From Octopus sinensis (Eukaryota), in the NCBI RefSeq assembly GCF_006345805.1, contig NC_043011.1, positions 34,918,464 through 34,982,463 on the forward strand: a stretch of DNA of 64,000 bases, in the 5' to 3' direction. The notes beneath the pieces were generated by a model. That model was not told the origin of the DNA and made no database searches. It saw only the letters and a list, made by a program, of their open reading frames with translations. Positions within the stretch are counted from its first letter, which is position 1; each line of letters opens with the position of its first letter. Shown in pieces: positions 1 through 15,300 of the stretch. The translations under genes were made by a program, and so were the position numbers.

Positions 1-508
1 CAAGTATGTTTGTGACAAAAAAAAAACCGTTTCCCACGAACAATAAAATCAAAACACATTTTGCTAAATAAACATAAATTACCTTGTTTTTCGTTTATTA
101 CACATAGATTACAAGATATTTTTCTCGTTATTATATTTATTTCTTAAGGTTTTCCATGAGGATAAGTGATATATTTTAATATCCATGTGAATTATTCATT
201 ATTTAAAAATTATTGTAACCTTCTACCCCGCTGCCCATTTTGTCCCGTCCAGGTAAATTTATTGTATATTTAACGACAGTCTAATACTTTATACTGTATT
301 ATCTAACAATAATCTATAGATACAGTCTGAAAGTACAGTAATAGCACTATTAACGTGCGACTAATTTCTCAATTTGTCCAATAAATATCTTTCATTTTCT
401 TTCCCTAGATGTCGAGGCGAATTTCTTAGTGAAGAGAAGGTTGTGATCGTTCGTATGCCCCATATGTTAATCCTACCCGAGCAGAAACCAACCATCAAAG
501 GCCTAGAA

Positions 509-668
509 CAGTGGTGGGCAACATAAGGCCCGCGAGACTTCATGAAAAATTACCTTGAGTTTTTTAGCAGTGCAGCCCGCCATATGAGTTTTTTAGCAGT
601 GCAGCCCGCCATATGATAAGCTATGTCTCATGCGGCCTGATCCTCCAAAAAAGGGTTGCCCGTGTCTG
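509..668. mobile_element. hAT-type MITE
   Basis: Imperfect TIRs CAGTGGTGGGCAAC / GTTGCCCGTGTCTG; perfect 8-bp TSD GCCTAGAA at 501-508 and 669-676; internal 29-bp tandem duplication (tgagttttttagcagtgcagcccgccata x2). Confidence 0.85.
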
Positions 669-864
669 GCCTAGAAGCTGTCATCATCTACTAATTTTTA
701 AGGGTTTTCTACATCACCCGATGTATTCATTATTAATTATTATTCTTTATCATTTGCGGGGGAAGGGTGATAGCTTCGACTAACAGCGTCCCCTAATAAG
801 TGCTGGTCTTGAGCCTATATCAAAAACTATTATCATCATCATCATCATTATTGCCCCGCCCCGC

Positions 865-1002
865 CTCGAGTTAAAATTCCGCCGAAGTCATTTAGTCTTA
901 CATACTTCCGGGTTGATAAAATAAATACCAGTTGATCACTAGGGTCCATATAACTGACTTGACCCCTCCTCCTTCTCCTAAAATTGCTGGCCTTCTGTCA
1001 AA

Positions 1003-1033
<31 letters not shown>
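865..1033 (+). mobile_element. tRNA-derived SINE, family B (degenerate), (ATT)n tail
   Basis: Matches the gagttcaaattccgccgaggtcgactttgcctttcatcc...gataaa..taagtaccag family seen many times in the window. Confidence 0.7.
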
Positions 1034-1034
<1 letters not shown>

Positions 1035-1141
1035 AACGGTAGTGTGTCATTTGAGGGAGATCTGGCTGCTATTTCTGGCCGGTTTCAAGATCCCAAGTTG
1101 GCTTACAGAATGTTCGACGATTTAAAAACATGCTACACACG

Positions 1142-1202
1142 TTATATACATACATACATACATACATACATACATACATACATACATACATACATACATA
1201 CA

Positions 1203-1238
<36 letters not shown>

Positions 1239-1367
1239 GATAGATGGATAGATATAGATATATACATATATATACGTACATACATATATATATATATTAT
1301 AGATAGATGGATAGATATAGATATAGATATATACATATATATACGTACATACATACATATATGTGTG

Positions 1368-1413
<46 letters not shown>

Positions 1414-1835
1414 TATATATATATATATATATATATGCAGCTATTCATCCATCCATCAAGCCATCCATATAGTCATGCGTGTATATTGGGTGTGTGTATA
1501 TATATATATAAACATACATACGTACATGTGTGTGTATGTATGTATGTATGTATGTATATATGTATGTATGTAGTATTATACCGTATTATACATAGAAAGA
1601 TTATCTGTGGATAAGCAGATAGATATATACACGTGTTTACATAAATATAATAGTGGTTACAAATATCTTCTATTGTTTGACAACACATTTGGAATATACA
1701 AGTTACGTGTCTTGCCCGTCTGCATACGTGTGTATCAATGTGCGTGTTTATTGTGTATATATATGTATATGTGTATACATGTATAAGAGTATATATGTGT
1801 ATGCATGTATATTATATGTGTGTATATAGACAAAC

Positions 1836-1897
<62 letters not shown>

Positions 1898-2225
1898 GAT
1901 AGGTACATACATGCATACATACATACATACATACATACATGCATACATAATACATACATACATACATACATGCATACATACATACATACATACATGCATA
2001 CATACATACATACATACATACATACATACAGCATGCATACATACATACCATACATGCATACATACATACATACATACATACATACATAAATGCATACAAC
2101 ATACATACATACATACATAATACATACATACATACATACATGCATAATTCATACATACATACATACATACATACATACATACATACATACATGCATACAT
2201 CATACATACATGCATAATACATACA

Positions 2226-2257
<32 letters not shown>

Positions 2258-2434
2258 CACACACTTTCTTGGAAATAGGGTTGGGTACGTTGAAGGAAGG
2301 TGTTCCCTTACTTATTCGGTTCCCGAAGGAGGTAGATTTTTCACTTGCCCACTTTCCAACTTAATGTCACCCGGACCTCATTGTACCCTAATTATTATAT
2401 CCATTCCTTCACTGCACATATGCTATATATATAT

Positions 2435-2469
<35 letters not shown>

Positions 2470-2858
2470 GCAGCTATTCATCCATCCATCAAGCCATCCA
2501 TATAGTCATGCGTGTATATTGGGTGTGTGTATATATATATAAACATACATACGTACATGTGTATGTATGTATGTATGGTGTATGTATATATGTATGATGT
2601 ATGTATTATACCGTATATAATAGAAAGATTATCTGTGGATAAGCAGATAGATATATACACGTGTTTACATAAATATAATGTGGTTACAAATATATCTATG
2701 TTTGACAACACATTTGGAATATACAAGTACGTGTCTTGCCCGTCTGCATACGTGTGTATCAATGTGCGTGTTTAGTGTAGTATATATGTATATGTGTATA
2801 CATGTATAAGAGTATATATGTGTATGCATGTATATTAGATGTGTGTATATAGACAAAC

Positions 2859-2898
<40 letters not shown>

Positions 2899-3257
2899 GA
2901 GAGATAGATAGAAGATAGATAGATAGATCGATATACATGCATACATACATACATACATACATACATGCATACATACATACATACATACATACATACATGC
3001 ATACATACATACATACATACATGCATACATACATACATACATACATACATACATACATGCATGCATACATACATACATACATGCATACATACATACATAC
3101 ATACATACATACATAAATGCATACATACATACATACATACATACATACATACATACATACATACATACATGCATACATTCATACATACATACATACATAC
3201 ATACATACATACATACATACATGCATACATACATACATACATGCATACATACATACA

Positions 3258-3289
<32 letters not shown>

Positions 3290-3456
3290 CACACACTTTC
3301 TTGGAAATAGGGTTGGGTACGTTGAAGGAAGGTGTTCCCTTACTTATTCGGTTCCCGAAGGAGGTAGATTTTTCACTTGCCCCACCTTTCCAACTTAATG
3401 TCACCCGGACCTCATTGTACCCTAATTATTAATATCCATTTCCTTCACTGCACATA

Positions 3457-3497
<41 letters not shown>
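1142..3497. repeat. (TACA)n/(GATA)n/(TA)n microsatellite block containing a ~1-kb tandem duplication (1437-2423 and 2470-3459)
   Basis: Unique segments (gcagctattcatccatcc...; ctttcttggaaatagggttgggtacg...) occur twice in the same order. Confidence 0.95.
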
Positions 3498-3500
<3 letters not shown>

Positions 3501-3599
3501 TTCATGAATATATATGAATATGTGTATACATAAACTAAACTAATACAATTGTTAAAACTTGTCGCTCCGGTAGTCTTTTTTACTGGTCATACTTTCTTA

Positions 3600-4556
<957 letters not shown>

Positions 4557-4739
4557 CATTGTTCTCTCTATTTGTACATGTATTCATACGACCATGAAGG
4601 GCACATAGGTATTAATATATTGTTTTGTTTTTAATAATAAAATGACCAGAGCAAAACTAACCTTCCCATATAGGTTTGTACTTCTGCTCTTTACGAGCAA
4701 GGCAAGCCGAGTCTTGCAATCTCAGCGACTGGTTTTCCT

Positions 4740-5037
4740 CTGTATGTATATATAAATATATATATATATATGTGTGTCTGTTAGTGTGTGCGTGTGTGTG
4801 TGTGTATACAATTGAATTTAGTAGTGCGGTTTTGTGAGTCTGTAACAGCGATGGATTATCTACGTCTGCTTTGTGTGTGTGCGCGCTCCCTGAGTGCGTA
4901 CGTGTGTGAATGAATGTGTGTTAGTGGGTGTGTTACTACTGATGGAAGCATAAAGACGGCTTTCAGTGTAATTGTATACATATGTCACTGTGTGCATGTG
5001 TGCGCGTGTTTGCCAGTGTGCGCACACGCAAGCGTGT

Positions 5038-5070
<33 letters not shown>

Positions 5071-6403
5071 TGTGTGTAATAGATGGATTTATTTGTGTGT
5101 CTGTGTGTGCGTCTTTTCGTTACGTGTGCGTGAGTGTGTTTTGTATCTGTGTGTCTGTTGTACAAATCTTCCAGTGTAATCGTATACATATGTCGTCATG
5201 GCATGTATTAGTTCATGTATATATATATGTATATATGTGTGTGTGTGTATGTGTTTGTGTATCTGTCTGATTGTCTGTGTGTGTGTCAGTCTGTTTATGT
5301 GTATGTGTGACTGTATGATAGTTTGCGCCTGAAATATCTGTTTTCTTTTGAATATGTTTGCGTGTCTCAGTGAATCCGCTTAATAGCTGTGTGTAATTTC
5401 ATTTTATACCGGTAAGCTATTCAGTGGAGTAGTTTTACATAGTGTGTATATCTTTAAATGTTTCTTTGTATGTGTGTCTCTTAATATGTTTATGCATATA
5501 AGTGCCTGTGCGGCTATGAATGTGTCTTTGTGTTTGTATATAAGTGTGTGTGTGTATGTGTGTATGCGTGTGTGTTAAATTTGTTTTTGTGCGAGAGATA
5601 TAGAGAGAAAGAAAAAAGTAGAAAGTTTGATTTACAGTTTAACCTATGTGTAAATTTTGTAGATATAATTGTATCTGTATATGTGTGTGTATATATATAT
5701 ATATGTGTGTGTGTTTTATGTGTACATCACGATACGCTTATGTTTGTATATACGAGTGTGTGTGTGTATCACAATGTATGTGCATATGTGTATGAAAATT
5801 TCTATGTATGTATGTGCGCGTGTGCGTATGTATAACAATGGACGTACATATGTGCGTGTATGAGAATATCTATGTATGTATACGAACGTATGTGTGTGTA
5901 TATTTGCTTTACGAGAAACTATAGAAGCGGAAGGCCCATGTGTGTACTCGCGTGTTTAGATATGTGGGCGGCCCATGTGTTCACACACTACTACAACTGC
6001 AGAAATGCTGCACAAGCACACACACACTCACTCACACATACACACACACACATTGACACACACACACACAGCCACAGATCGTTAAATATGCTTACATGTG
6101 TTGTATAAATATATAAACGTGATATGACTATGTGCGTGTGTATCTGAGAGATATATACACGTATGATTGTATGTACATATGTATATGTATTTATATGTGT
6201 GTGTGTGTGCGTGCGTGTAAACTCTTTAACCAGTTTCAGCTCGAAAGCTGCAGTCATACATACATATACATACATACCTACATACATACATATACACATA
6301 CATATACATACATTCATACACATATCTAAATACATACACACGCGCACACATATATATGTATATCTATATATGTATATGTATGACTATATGTAAATGTATG
6401 ATT

Positions 6404-6450
<47 letters not shown>

Positions 6451-6470
6451 ATGATTATATATATATATAT
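4740..6470. repeat. Degenerate (TG)n/(TA)n/(CA)n low-complexity region
   Basis: Alternating purine-pyrimidine runs, including a (CG)n run at ~5040-5054. Confidence 0.85.
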
Positions 6471-8169
6471 AATGCAAAATTTTTAAAAAACAAGAAGATT
6501 AGGCAAAGAGCGAATGCAAGTATTCAACAACGCAAAAATGCTGATGTAATTCACACTTATACGTTCTTATACATAAATTCACTTTTACATATATAACAAC
6601 TATGTCTATACACGTGTCACTGAAAAACATATGCATAGCCACACACACATACACGCACACACATACACACACACACACACACAGGCAGACAGGCAGCAGG
6701 CCGACAGACAGCACATGTGTATGTGTTGATGTTTCTATTTTTAGCTCAGTTTAAATGACCACATCAACGCTTCTGTCTAGATAACCTCTCTCTGTCTCTC
6801 TCTCTCTCTCTTTTCTCTCTCTTTCTTTCTCTCTACGCACACCTTTCAGCTACTTCTCCTTTTACTAACCTTTAGTACGACAATAACTCCTGTTACTACT
6901 ATTACTACTATTGCCGGTGCTGCTGCTGTGGCTGCTACTGCTACCACCACTACAAGATTTCACCACACAACCTTTCTTTACACTCTCCAGCGCACCTTCT
7001 TTCATTGGTATTTCTCCCCCACCACTACCATCGCCATCACTATCAGAAACTGTATCTCACTTCATCACCGCCACTATCAAAAACTGCATCGCTTCACCAC
7101 CACCTCCTGTACAAACTCACCTTATGTTTTCTAAGATAGGTAAGTACTAAGTCAGGAATTTGGTGGAAGTGTCTAGTCGATTAAATTCCACCTCTGTATT
7201 TCACTGGTACTTTAGTTTTGTCGACTCCGGAAGAAGAATTGAAGTTGACCTCGACGTGATTTGAACTCAAATGCGGAGTTTTGTAGGACAACCAACACAT
7301 TCGCCACTAGCAAATATCGCCGCTATGAATCTGGTAAAACCACCACCACTTACCACCACCATTCTAATCACCATTATGGTTTTATATCTTCAACATTATC
7401 GTCCCATTCTGTTAATTACTTAATTACGCCGTCACCATTACTATCGCTGGGGACGTAACAATCACCATCACCGCAGCTAACGTCACTCTGAGCGGAACTT
7501 ACTTGGTCGTTCGCTCAGCCTTTGCTAGATATAGCAACCAAATCTCTCTCTTTCTCTCTCTCTCCCTCCTCTCTCTCTCTCTCCCTCTCTCTATCTATCT
7601 CTCCCTCTCTCTCTCCCTTCCTCTCTCTATCTCTCTAGTTACATATACATTCTACTGTCTTCGTTCTAAAACTGGAGTTCTCAATGTACAAAAAAGTCAG
7701 GATTGGCACAGCTAGGACTAAACCAGTCACGGGCAACCTGCGGCCCGCGGGACTTTCTGAATGGTATAGTATGGTATGCCTAACGATAAATTACCTTCGA
7801 TTCTCTTAGTAGTGCCACTCATGCCTGCTTATAAATCATTAAAATCCTTCAGGCAGGACCATCCGCTTCGCTACCAGCGCTACCCAACAACTGATATTAC
7901 GATTGTTACTACTACTACTACTACTAACTCTAGCACGGTCCCCACCACCATACCTACTATAATTCCCAGTAGTCTCCACCATTGTTCAACAAAGCGATCC
8001 AACCCGAGGCCCTTTCTCTACGCCTTAGCTCGACGTGCTAGAAATAACAACTAAATAGCGACACAAACCATACTCTAAAAGCCTTATTGAGCTTGATGTT
8101 GTAATCAACTTACCACCCACCTCCCCAAAAATGTCAGGTCTTGTGCTTATGGTAGAAAGGATTATTAAA

Positions 8170-8582
8170 CCGTTAGCACACCAGGCAATATGCTTCGCGA
8201 CACTTCGTCCGTCTTCGTGTTCTGAGTTCAAATTCCTCTGTGGTCGACTTTGCCTTTCATCCTAACGAGGTCGATAAAATAAGTACCAGTCGAATACTAG
8301 GGTCGATGCAATCGACAGGACCCCCACTAGCTGAGAATTTCAGGTCTAGTGCCTATAAGTAGAAAGGATTATTATTATTATTATTGTTAATTTACCTCAC
8401 CGGACAAAATGCTTGGCAGCATTTCGTCCGGCCTTACGTTCTGAGTTCAAATACCTCCGAAGTCGACTTTGCCTTTCATCCCTTTCGGGATCGATAAATT
8501 AAGTACTAATCAATTACTGGGATCGATGTGACCGCCTATCCCCTCCCCACAAATTCCAGGCCTTATGCCTATATTAGAGAGG

Positions 8583-8618
<36 letters not shown>
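8170..8618 (+). mobile_element. Two tandem copies of SINE family B with (ATT)n tails
   Basis: ttctgagttcaaat...gtcgactttgcctttcatcc...gtcgataaa..aagtacc occurs twice (8170-8390, 8400-8618), each followed by (ATT)n. Confidence 0.85.
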
Positions 8619-8824
8619 AATGATTTAATCAGGAGAAAAAATGGTACCCATGCTCTTCGCGGATCCTTCCGGGTAAGAAGAGCTCACAGGGATATTGGAG
8701 TTCAAAACAGGGGGAAGAAATCGGTGATGGTCACGACTAGAACGCCTCTGATTTGATCATAGTTCTGCTCTCTCGGGGTGTTGGGGGTGGGAGTGGAGGG
8801 GAGGAATAAACGCGTCTATCCACG

Positions 8825-9920
8825 TCACCACCACCACCACCACCACCACCACTAACCATTCCTGCAGAAAGAACTAGCCACGTCACCACCGCCGCCACCA
8901 TCATCATGGCAAATAGTTTACACAGTTAATGACATACTGGCAGACTTGTGTCACGTGGTTGTTTCGATTTCACAGCCATATAATCTCAGTGAGGAACTGG
9001 AAAATGTTAAGAAAACGTGAAGCACAGGCACAGCAACAGTGGTGGTGGTGGTGGTAATGGTGGCGGTGGCGACGGTGCTGGTAGTGATGTTGATGGTGGA
9101 GGAGGAGGAGGTGCTGATAAAATGGTATGCTGATGTTGGTTGTGTGCTGCTGGCGGGGGGGGTGGAATGGTTTGGGCGATAGTAGAGGATGCTGGAGTAG
9201 TAGTAACATAGTGGTGTGGCGACGGTGGATGTGGACGGTACTGGTGATGGTGGTGGTGGTGGTGGTGGTGGTGGTAGGAGTGGTATGATGGGAAGTTGGA
9301 GGGAGAGGGGTATGAATATGGAACTGGTATGATAGCGGTAGTGGTGCTAGTAGTAGTGGTGGTGGCGACAGCAAACACGAAAATGGTGTGGTGGTGGTGG
9401 TGGCACATTTGGAATTTGTACGTTGTTGTTGTTGATGGTGGTGGTGGTGGTGTTAAATTGTGATGCTGGAAATGGAAAAAGTGGTATGGGTGATTGTTAG
9501 AGTAAATGATGGTGGTGGAGACGGCGGCGGTGGTAGTGGTGGTGGTGGTGGTGGTGGTAGTGGTGGTGTCGAGGCGGCTGCGGTGGTAATTATCGTTAAG
9601 TAATGTAAGTGGCGAAGATGGTGTAAGATTGTTAAATTCTTGATGCTGGAATGGTAATAATGGTAATAATGGTAGAGTATCATAATGGGAAGGATTGCAG
9701 CTAATAACACTGACGGTGGAGGCTGTGGGTGAATGGCAGCGGGGCGGAGGCAGTGGGTGGCGGCAGGGGAGGAGGCGATGGTAAAGGAGGATAATGGTAG
9801 TGGTAGTGATGGGGGGACAGTAGGGGTGGGGTGGGGGGAGAGGACGAGGAGGTGGTGATGGTGGCAGTAGTGTTGTTGTTGGTGGTGGAGGTAGTGGTGG
9901 TGGTGGTGGTGGTGGTGGTA
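8825..9920. repeat. (GGT)n/(CAC)n-rich low-complexity tract
   Basis: Degenerate trinucleotide repeats; the P/H/T-rich ORFs are open in several frames. Confidence 0.85.
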
Positions 9921-10514
9921 TGAAAAGAGGGAACAGAGAGTAGACAAGGCTTATACTATATCTTAATAGTAACTCAGCACTGGCATACTTGATGGAATGA
10001 ACATTGCATTTTTTCAAAGTCTGGTATTTATTCTATCAATCCTTTTTGCCAAACCACTAAGTCACAGGGACATAAATGAACCAACACTGGTTGTCAAGTG
10101 ATGCATCTTCAGTATAATAAAGCTCAACGTCTCTGTGTCTGTACATCTATAGGATGAAAGGGAATAGAAGATACATAAAAACAAAGTATGTGTTCTCATG
10201 TAAAATTTTACAAGAAAGATGATGAGCTACAAAGATTTACTTTTCCTTGCGATTAGGGAGCTTAAAGGGGGGGGGGAAACACCCCTTGTGAAATTTCAAA
10301 TACCTCCGATTTCGATGAAAATAACAAAATAAAATCGATTTCCAAAAATTCACCATCTTACAATATTATTTAACTCCCCTTAATGAGGTTTATAACATAA
10401 GACAGAGCCTCTTTGAAAGCACAAAATACATCCACTTTTCATGGAAGATACATAAAATTTAAGTCTGTTCTTGGAATAAGTGTACTACAAAACTTCAATA
10501 ATGCATATCTCATG

Positions 10515-10551
<37 letters not shown>

Positions 10552-10568
10552 GCACACACACATGTATA

Positions 10569-12497
10569 CAGAAAGCAGGTGTCCCAGGGTTTCTAGGATG
10601 CCTTGAGCATGTCTCAATAATTTAGGCTAAGATCAAAGAGGAAAAAGCATAGCCCTGGAGTTATTCTATGTGCCCCAGAAACTCTGAAGCGTTCTATCCA
10701 CATACTTTGACCAGTTCATGTTTCGGTTCTCTGCTGCAGAGTACACCACTGAATACATTGATCTACAAAAGGGGATTGCAATGGGTTGTGCCACTTTCCC
10801 AATCCTTTTTGTGATGGTTATGGAGGTCATACTGAGGGGCTTAAAGCCTAAGCACAGGTTCAACCAAGGAGAAGTAAAGCTGAGGGTGTTCATGGATGAT
10901 CTCACCATTGTACAGGATAATATCAACATTGCCAGAGACGTTTTGAATAGATTGTCTGAACTGATCAGCTGGAGTCAGATGGCCTTTAAATGAGCAGATC
11001 TCTTTCACTGAAGGGTAGATCGCTCACAAATTTGGTTTTTAGCATCGGTGGAGAGCAAATACCAACAGTTCATGAGCAAAGTGTCAAAAGCTTGGGAAGA
11101 TGATACAGTTTTCCCCTTATGGACAGACATTGTGGTGTTGAACTGCAGAAGCTGGCAGAGACAGGGCTAAAAAGCATTGATCAAGCAAGTTAGCCAGAGA
11201 AGTTCAAGGTGTGGTGCATGCATTTTGGGTTGTTCCCAAGACTACTGTGGCCCATAACTGTGTATAAAGTTTCTCTAACAAGGATTGAAACAATTGAACA
11301 TTAGATCAATAAGATGGTAAGGAAGTGGTTTAGCCTTTTGAAGTGCCTTTTACCTATTGCCCTTTATGGCAACCAGGGTATGCTCCAGTTGCCCCTGACA
11401 TCACTAGAGGAGGAGTACAAGGTCTCCAAGGTGCATCTGTAATCAATGCTGTCTGAGTCAAGGGACACTGTGATCCAAGACAAATCCACCAGATTTAAAC
11501 AGTAGTAGGAAGTGGAAGGTTACTGAGGTAATGCAGCAGCTTGATGAGATAGCCCAGCATGTTGAAGTGTGTGGAGTGATTATAGATAGCAGGGCTGGTG
11601 TGAGGCTTGTCAAGAGAGAGCGGTTCTGGTCTGAGTCAAGTGAACAGGAACAGCAGAAGCTACATGAACAACAAGTAAGGCAGCTGAAAGATGAGAGGCG
11701 TCTGGGTCACGCAGCCCAACAAGCACAGCAGAGTCAGTGGTTGAATTGGGATGATATCGAAAAGCTGGAGTTGAAGTAGTCTGATTGGTGGTGGTTGAGT
11801 GCAGGGCATTTGCAAGCTCTGATCCAGACTGTGTATGATGTGCATCCGTCTCCAGCAAATCTCAAAAAATGGGCTTTCCAAGAGAGTCCACAGTGCTACT
11901 TGTGTGGGAAGTATGGCAGCCTCAAACACATGCTGTCAACTTGCCCAAAAGCACTCCAGGCTGGATGGTATACATTTAGACATAATTTAGTGCTAAGTGT
12001 TGTTGCTTCAGCTGCAAGAGAGGGTCAAGTGGGGAAGCAAGGTATGATGCCAAAGAGACAGAAACTTTGGCAGGCTGAAGACAGAAAATGGGAGGTATTC
12101 GTGGACAAGCCATTGCCTGAAAGCATCATTGTGTCAGCACTCTGGAACAACTTGGTTTTGGTAGATGAAGGTCAGAGACGTGTGGTCGTTGGGGAGCTTA
12201 CTGTGCCATGGGAGGAGAGCATTGCTGAGGCCCATGAACAGAAGCTGTTGGGCTTTGAAGAGCTGGTAGCTCGGGAGAAGCATTACAACTGTGAGCTGGT
12301 TGCGTTCGAGGTTGGCTGCAGGGGTTTCCCAGCAGCTTCTCTCAGAAGGTTGCTGGTGTATCTGCTGTGAGAAAAACCATCAAGGAATGTGGGGAGAAAG
12401 CAGTTGAGGGTAGTGCTTGGATTACCAGGAGGTTAATGGATGTGTACAAGGCCACAGAACTGTCATGAGTCTGGTTGCAATGCAATACACCCAGCTG
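10569..12497 (+). mobile_element. 5'-truncated, decayed RLE-type non-LTR retrotransposon (HERO-like, R2 group): RT, CCHC finger and restriction-like endonuclease
   Basis: Motifs GVPGFLGCLEH, GIAMGC..PILF, FMDDLTI (RT); CYLCGKYGSLKHMLSTC zinc finger; YTFRHNLVL, ELTVPWEE, EVGCRGF (RLE); multiple stops and frameshifts. Confidence 0.88.
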
Positions 12498-12980
12498 TAT
12501 ACATATATGTATACATATTTGTATATATATATATGTGTATGCATATATATATGTGTGTGTGTGTGTGTATACATATACATATCTATATATATGTATATAT
12601 ACATATACGTGTATATATATAGATATGTATATATACATATGTATGTAAATATATATGTATATATACATATATATATATGTATATATATACATATATATGC
12701 ATATATATACGCATATATATATAGCTATATATACATGTATATATTATATATACATGTATATATTATATATACATATATATGTATATATATATATGTATGT
12801 ATATATATATATATATTATATATACATATATATATATATACATACATATGTATATACATGTACATATATATATATGTATGTATATATACACTTTTATGTA
12901 TACATATATATTTATATATGTGTGTAGGTGTCTGTATGTATATATATATATATATATAATGTATATGCATATATATGTGT
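12498..12980. repeat. (TA)n/(TACA)n low-complexity tract
   Basis: Direct inspection. Confidence 0.95.
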
Positions 12981-13194
12981 GTGTCAGTGTTTGTACCCAC
13001 CGTCACTTGACTACTAATGTTGCTGTGTTTATGTCCCCTTAACTTAGCCGTTTGCAAAACACACCAATAGAATAAGTACTATGCTTACAAAGAATAAGTC
13101 CTGTCGTCAATTTCTTTGACTAAAGATGGTGCTCCAGCATATCCACTGTCACATGACTGAAGCAAATAAAACAACAAAAGACTATGCCATTTTA

Positions 13195-13224
13195 ATCCCG
13201 AGCAATGCCGCGTATCTCTGCTAG
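13195..13224 (+). mobile_element. Helitron 3' terminus (hairpin plus CTAG)
   Basis: cccgagcaatgccgcg...ctgCTAG|T; the same motif occurs at 31242-31271 and on the minus strand at 48468-48495. Confidence 0.65.
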
Positions 13225-13529
13225 TATATATATATTATACTAAAACTCAAAGTTTGTCTGTTTTCCTGCCCTTTGATCAATAAAGATTACAAATAAAACA
13301 GTCAATAATCATTCCTCGCTTTAAAAGAGTCATCACAGCTGCCGCCGGCTGTCCTTTTTTTTTTTTCCTTACTTTCTTTTTTCTTCCTTTAATCATTTAT
13401 ACAGCTTTCAGAGTGTCATGGACTGAAAGATAGAAATTCTCCCTACATTTTTATGAGATATTTTTTATAGGAATTCATAAGAATATTTTTCCCAGATGCC
13501 TCCAAAAAGGCCTTCACTTGAAGATCCAA

Positions 13530-13830
13530 TGAACCTCTTCTCAAAGAACTGCATTTTAGTCATGAAGAATAACCTCTTAAGAGCCTTAAATAAAGAATGT
13601 ATTAAACTATTTCCAGCAGAGCTGAAAGAGTACAGATTTTTTGACAGTCTATATGGAGAAGCTAATGTCACATATTTTCCATTGAAATTTTAAAATTCCC
13701 TGGAATTTTCTGTATGCCCCCTCACAGGCTGAAATTGAAAGTCAGCTCGCCAATTATATTGGTAAGGAATCTGAATTCACCAAAGCTTTGTAATGGAATC
13801 AGATTGATTGTACAAGAACTTCAAAGCCAC
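13530..13830 (+). mobile_element. Helitron PIF1-like helicase fragment (pseudogenised)
   Basis: Translates across frameshifts as ...FPLKF*NSLEF..MPPHRLKLKVSSPIILVRNLNSPKLCNGIRLIVQEL, the classic PPHxLxLK...RNL...LCNGTRL motif. Confidence 0.85.
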
Positions 13831-14695
13831 ATTTTTCTACTTGATTTTTTTTTCTTTTCTTAAAGGAAAAATTACTATGCTTTTTTTTTTCCTCCCTTAG
13901 TCTGTAGTTGCTTTGTGAAAATTTTGGAGTATGTTTCCTTCCTGTGCTATCACATGGCTTCTATAGATATAACGTGGAGTTTGAAATAAACTCACGGAAG
14001 GGACACTCTGTCTGTTTTTCTGCCCTTTGATTAAGATGATAAAAATGGAATAAGTGGAGCAAGAACACACACGAAAATGAAAAGTGTTGCTGAAGAGGTC
14101 ACAGATGTGTGACAAAAGATTTCCAGACAATGGACATGAGTTAAAATAATAAAATAAGAACAGTAATAAACGAGTGAAGAAGAAAAAATATATAGTGTGT
14201 ATGTTTATTTGGCGAAAAAAGTAATAAATAAAATGACCATCTCAAAATACAACTATAAAGATTACTATTTTAAATAAAATAGTATTTTTTTCCTTTGCTG
14301 CTGTGCATCGTCATTTTCAACTTGGAGTGGTTGTGACCCAACAGGTCACAAATACATCTAGAATTTGTGTGTGTATAACAGGGTCCTTTCAGTTTCTATC
14401 TATCAATTCTATAGTAGAAGACACTTGCCTAAGGTACCCACATGGTGCATCTGAACCATGTGGTTCAAAGCAAATTTCATACCATAAAGTCACGCTTGTG
14501 CCAATAAGCACACCTACACCTATAATAAAGATGCACCCACAAAGGTACTCAAACCCTCAGCCATCTGAAAAATGTCTGATTCTCTACTGACTGAACTATA
14601 TCTAAATGAATTAAATATGGAATACGGCAGAAATAGGGGTCAAGAATTGGGTCTTTAGAGGTCAAAAATCAAGTCTTTCGAAGTTATCAGCATAT

Positions 14696-15300
14696 AGGCA
14701 CAAGCATGGTTATGTGATTAAGATGCTTTCTTTTTAACCTCATCATTTTGGGTTCAGTCTCACTGCACAGCACCAGAGGTAAGTCTCTTCTACAATAGCC
14801 CCCAGGTTGAATATGCCTTGTGAGTGAATTTGGTAGACAGAAACTGTGTGAAAGCCCAGCATCATATGCATGTGTGTGCATTTGTGTGTCTTTGTGTTTG
14901 TTTTTTCCATACAGCTTGGCAACCAGTACTAGTTTGTTTACATCCCCATAACTTTATGGTTCAGTAAAAAAAAACATGCTAGAACAAGTATCAGGCTTTA
15001 ACTCTTTAGTGTTCAGGTTATTCTGTCAAACCATTAATGCTTATGGATTCACATTGTTTTGAATAAATCATGCCTTATCTCACATCCTTGAGCTTTCAAT
15101 GATGTGATTGTTTAATGTAGAATAACATTGTTGTGTAGGTGTGAGAGCCTGGATCTGGTCAGTTGGAACATAAAACAAATGGAAAATTTTGGCCGGATAT
15201 GGCAGGTTTAAATGCTAAAGGTTTAATTTATTCAACTAAAACCTTTCAAAGCAGTGCCCCAACATGGCCATGGTCCCATGACTGAAACAAGTAAAAGATA
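14696..15300 (+). mobile_element. SINE family A (tRNA head, CORE-like segment, internal microsatellite) interrupted by a MITE
   Basis: Degenerate copy of the 29283-29700 element; resumes after 15226. Confidence 0.7.
15002..15222. mobile_element. piggyBac-like MITE
   Basis: TTAA flanks at 14998-15001 and 15223-15226; termini CTCTTTAG / CTAAAGGT resemble piggyBac CCC/GGG-type ends. Confidence 0.7.

Noticed and set aside
9007-10017. 336-aa proline/histidine/threonine-rich ORF (extensin-like)
   Set aside because: Degenerate (GGT)n low complexity open in several frames; no domain or splice evidence.
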